Shown: positions 62,471-64,000 of the stretch, piece after piece
Numbering within the stretch: the stretch's first letter is position 1
How the letters are laid out: the number at the start of each line of letters is the position of its first letter
Assembly (NCBI GenBank): GCA_963748815.1
Contig: CAVVKJ010000014.1
Coordinates: 1 to 64,000 of the forward strand
Reading direction: 5' to 3'
DNA from: an uncultured Gemmatimonadales bacterium
Lineage (GTDB): Bacteria; Gemmatimonadota; Gemmatimonadetes; Gemmatimonadales; GWC2-71-9
DNA: 64,000 nt
Made by a program: the position numbers and the translations under genes
Notes under the pieces: model-generated
The model's input: only the letters and a program-made list of their open reading frames with translations
Databases searched by the model: none
What the model was told of the DNA's origin: nothing

Positions 62471-63424
62471 TGCGGGTCTTCGTGACGGGCGCCGAGGGGT
62501 TCGTGGGGCGCACCATGGTGCGGACCCTGCTGGCGGCCGGGCACGAGGTGCAGGCGGGCATCCGGCCCGGGTGGGCCCCTCGAGGTGCCGGGACTCGCGC
62601 CGGCGGAGCGCGCCGCCGTGGCGCGGGTGCCGCTGGAGCTGCTCGACACCGCCTCGGTGGACTCCGCGATGTCGTGGCGCCCCGATGCGGTGGTCCATCT
62701 CGCGGCCATCGCCTCCGGGGCCGACGCCCGCCGCGACATCGGCACCGCCTGGGCGGTCAACGCCTCCGGCACCGCGCGGCTTGCCGACGCGCTGGGGCGG
62801 CTCCGGGAGCGCGGCGAGGCCGATCCCGCATTCCTGCTGGTCTCCAGCGGCGAGGTGTACGGCGGCGGAGTCGACCGGCCGCGGCGGGAGACCGATCCGC
62901 TGGTGCCCTGTTCGCCGTACGCGGCGAGCAAGGTGGGGGCGGAAATCGCGGCGCTCGAAGTCTGGCGCCGGACCGGGCTTCGGGTGGTCGTGGCCCGTCC
63001 CTTTCCCCATACCGGGCCGGGACAGACCGACCGCGCGGTGGCGCCGGCGTTCGCCAGCCGACTGCGCGCGGCACGCCGGTCCGGGGCGACCACCGTCCCG
63101 ACCGGCAACCTCGATCCGGTCCGGGATTTCCTCCATGTGCAGGACGTCGTCAACGCCTATCTTGCGCTTCTCGCCCGGGGCGCGCCGGGCGAGGCCTACA
63201 ACGTCGCCCGGGGCGAGGGCATCTCCCTGCGCGAGCTCTTTGCCCGTCTCGCGGCGGAGATCGGCACCGCCGCGGTCCCCGCCGTGGATCCGGGCCTGGT
63301 CCGCACCGCCGACATTGCCCACCTGGTGGGCGACGCCACGAAACTGCGGGCCGCCACCGGGTGGCAGCCCACGATCGCTCTCGAACGGATCCTGAAGGAA
63401 GTTGCTGATGCCGAAGCGGACTGA
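62470..63424 (+). CDS. GDP-4-keto-6-deoxy-D-mannose reductase-like extended SDR (frameshift near 62580)
   Basis: [40 protein letters not shown]. Confidence 0.8.
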
Positions 63425-64000
63425 CATCTCCTCCATTCTCCTGATCGGTTCCGGCCCCATCATCATCGGGCAGGGCGCCGAGTTCGACTACTCCGGCACG
63501 CAGGCGGTGCGGGCGCTGAAGGAGGAGGGGTACCGGGTCATCCTGGTGAACTCGAACCCCGCCACGATCATGACCGATCCCGAGCTGGCGGACCGGACCT
63601 ACGTGGAGCCGGTCACGCCGGAGTGGGTGGCCCGGGTCATCGAGCGGGAGCGGCCGGATGCGCTCCTCCCGACGATGGGTGGGCAGACGGCGCTGAACGT
63701 GGCGATGGCCCTGGCGAACGACGGGACGCTGGAGAAGTACGGCGTGGAGCTGATCGGCGCCGACGCCCGCGCCATCGGCCTGGCGGAGGACCGTGAGCAG
63801 TTCGCGCAGGCGATGCGCCGCCTGGGCCTGGCGACCCCGGCGGGACGGACGGTGCGGACCCTCGACGAGGCGTTCGCGCAGGTCGCGGAGACGGGGTATC
63901 CCGCCATCGTGCGCCCGTCGTTCACGCTCGGGGGCTCGGGGGGCGGCATCGCCTACAACCGCGCGGAGTTCGAGGCGCTGGTCGAGCACGGGCTCGAGCT
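63408..64000 (+). CDS. carB: Carbamoyl-phosphate synthase large subunit (partial, runs off the window)
   Basis: [51 protein letters not shown]. Confidence 0.96.
   Translation, partial: MPKRTDISSILLIGSGPIIIGQGAEFDYSGTQAVRALKEEGYRVILVNSNPATIMTDPELADRTYVEPVTPEWVARVIERERPDALLPTMGGQTALNVAMALANDGTLEKYGVELIGADARAIGLAEDREQFAQAMRRLGLATPAGRTVRTLDEAFAQVAETGYPAIVRPSFTLGGSGGGIAYNRAEFEALVEHGLE

Overview
High-GC (roughly 70% by eye) bacterial chromosomal window. Gene content and order suggest Gemmatimonadota, but this is inference and not a search result. It is mostly core and housekeeping DNA: M1 and M61 peptidases, a ClC-CBS channel, Mn-SOD, a two-kinase/one-regulator module ahead of tonB-exbB-exbD-exbD, a peptidoglycan-recycling cluster (namZ, nagZ, AmiE-like hydrolase, SSS transporter, MurK-like kinase), a CDP-alcohol transferase + ino1 + membrane pyrophosphatase block, 2-oxoacid dehydrogenase E1a/E1b/E2, nfeD-SPFH, trxB, aspA, Rrf2-moeZ, tRNA-Leu(CAG), smpB, an amidase, pyrD/pyrF, a free-standing alpha ribosomal operon, rpmB, gmd-rmd and the start of carB. 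About ten genes carry single-base frameshifts, probably assembly errors. The most unusual signal is non-coding. A frameshifted GIY-YIG nuclease gene lies between an inverted pair of 27-nt GTCA-hairpin-TCCAG REP-like elements, and further copies with covarying stems are dispersed across the window. At least three other palindromic repeat types occur, along with a polarised (GCGGGGAA)n octamer that abuts stop codons. Also found: an unannotated 34-aa CPxCG zinc-ribbon ORF, two probable CTG starts coupled to the upstream TGA, a probable leaderless Rrf2 mRNA, and a PhoB/OmpR-type direct repeat upstream of tonB. No CRISPR array, rRNA, prophage or intact transposase was seen.
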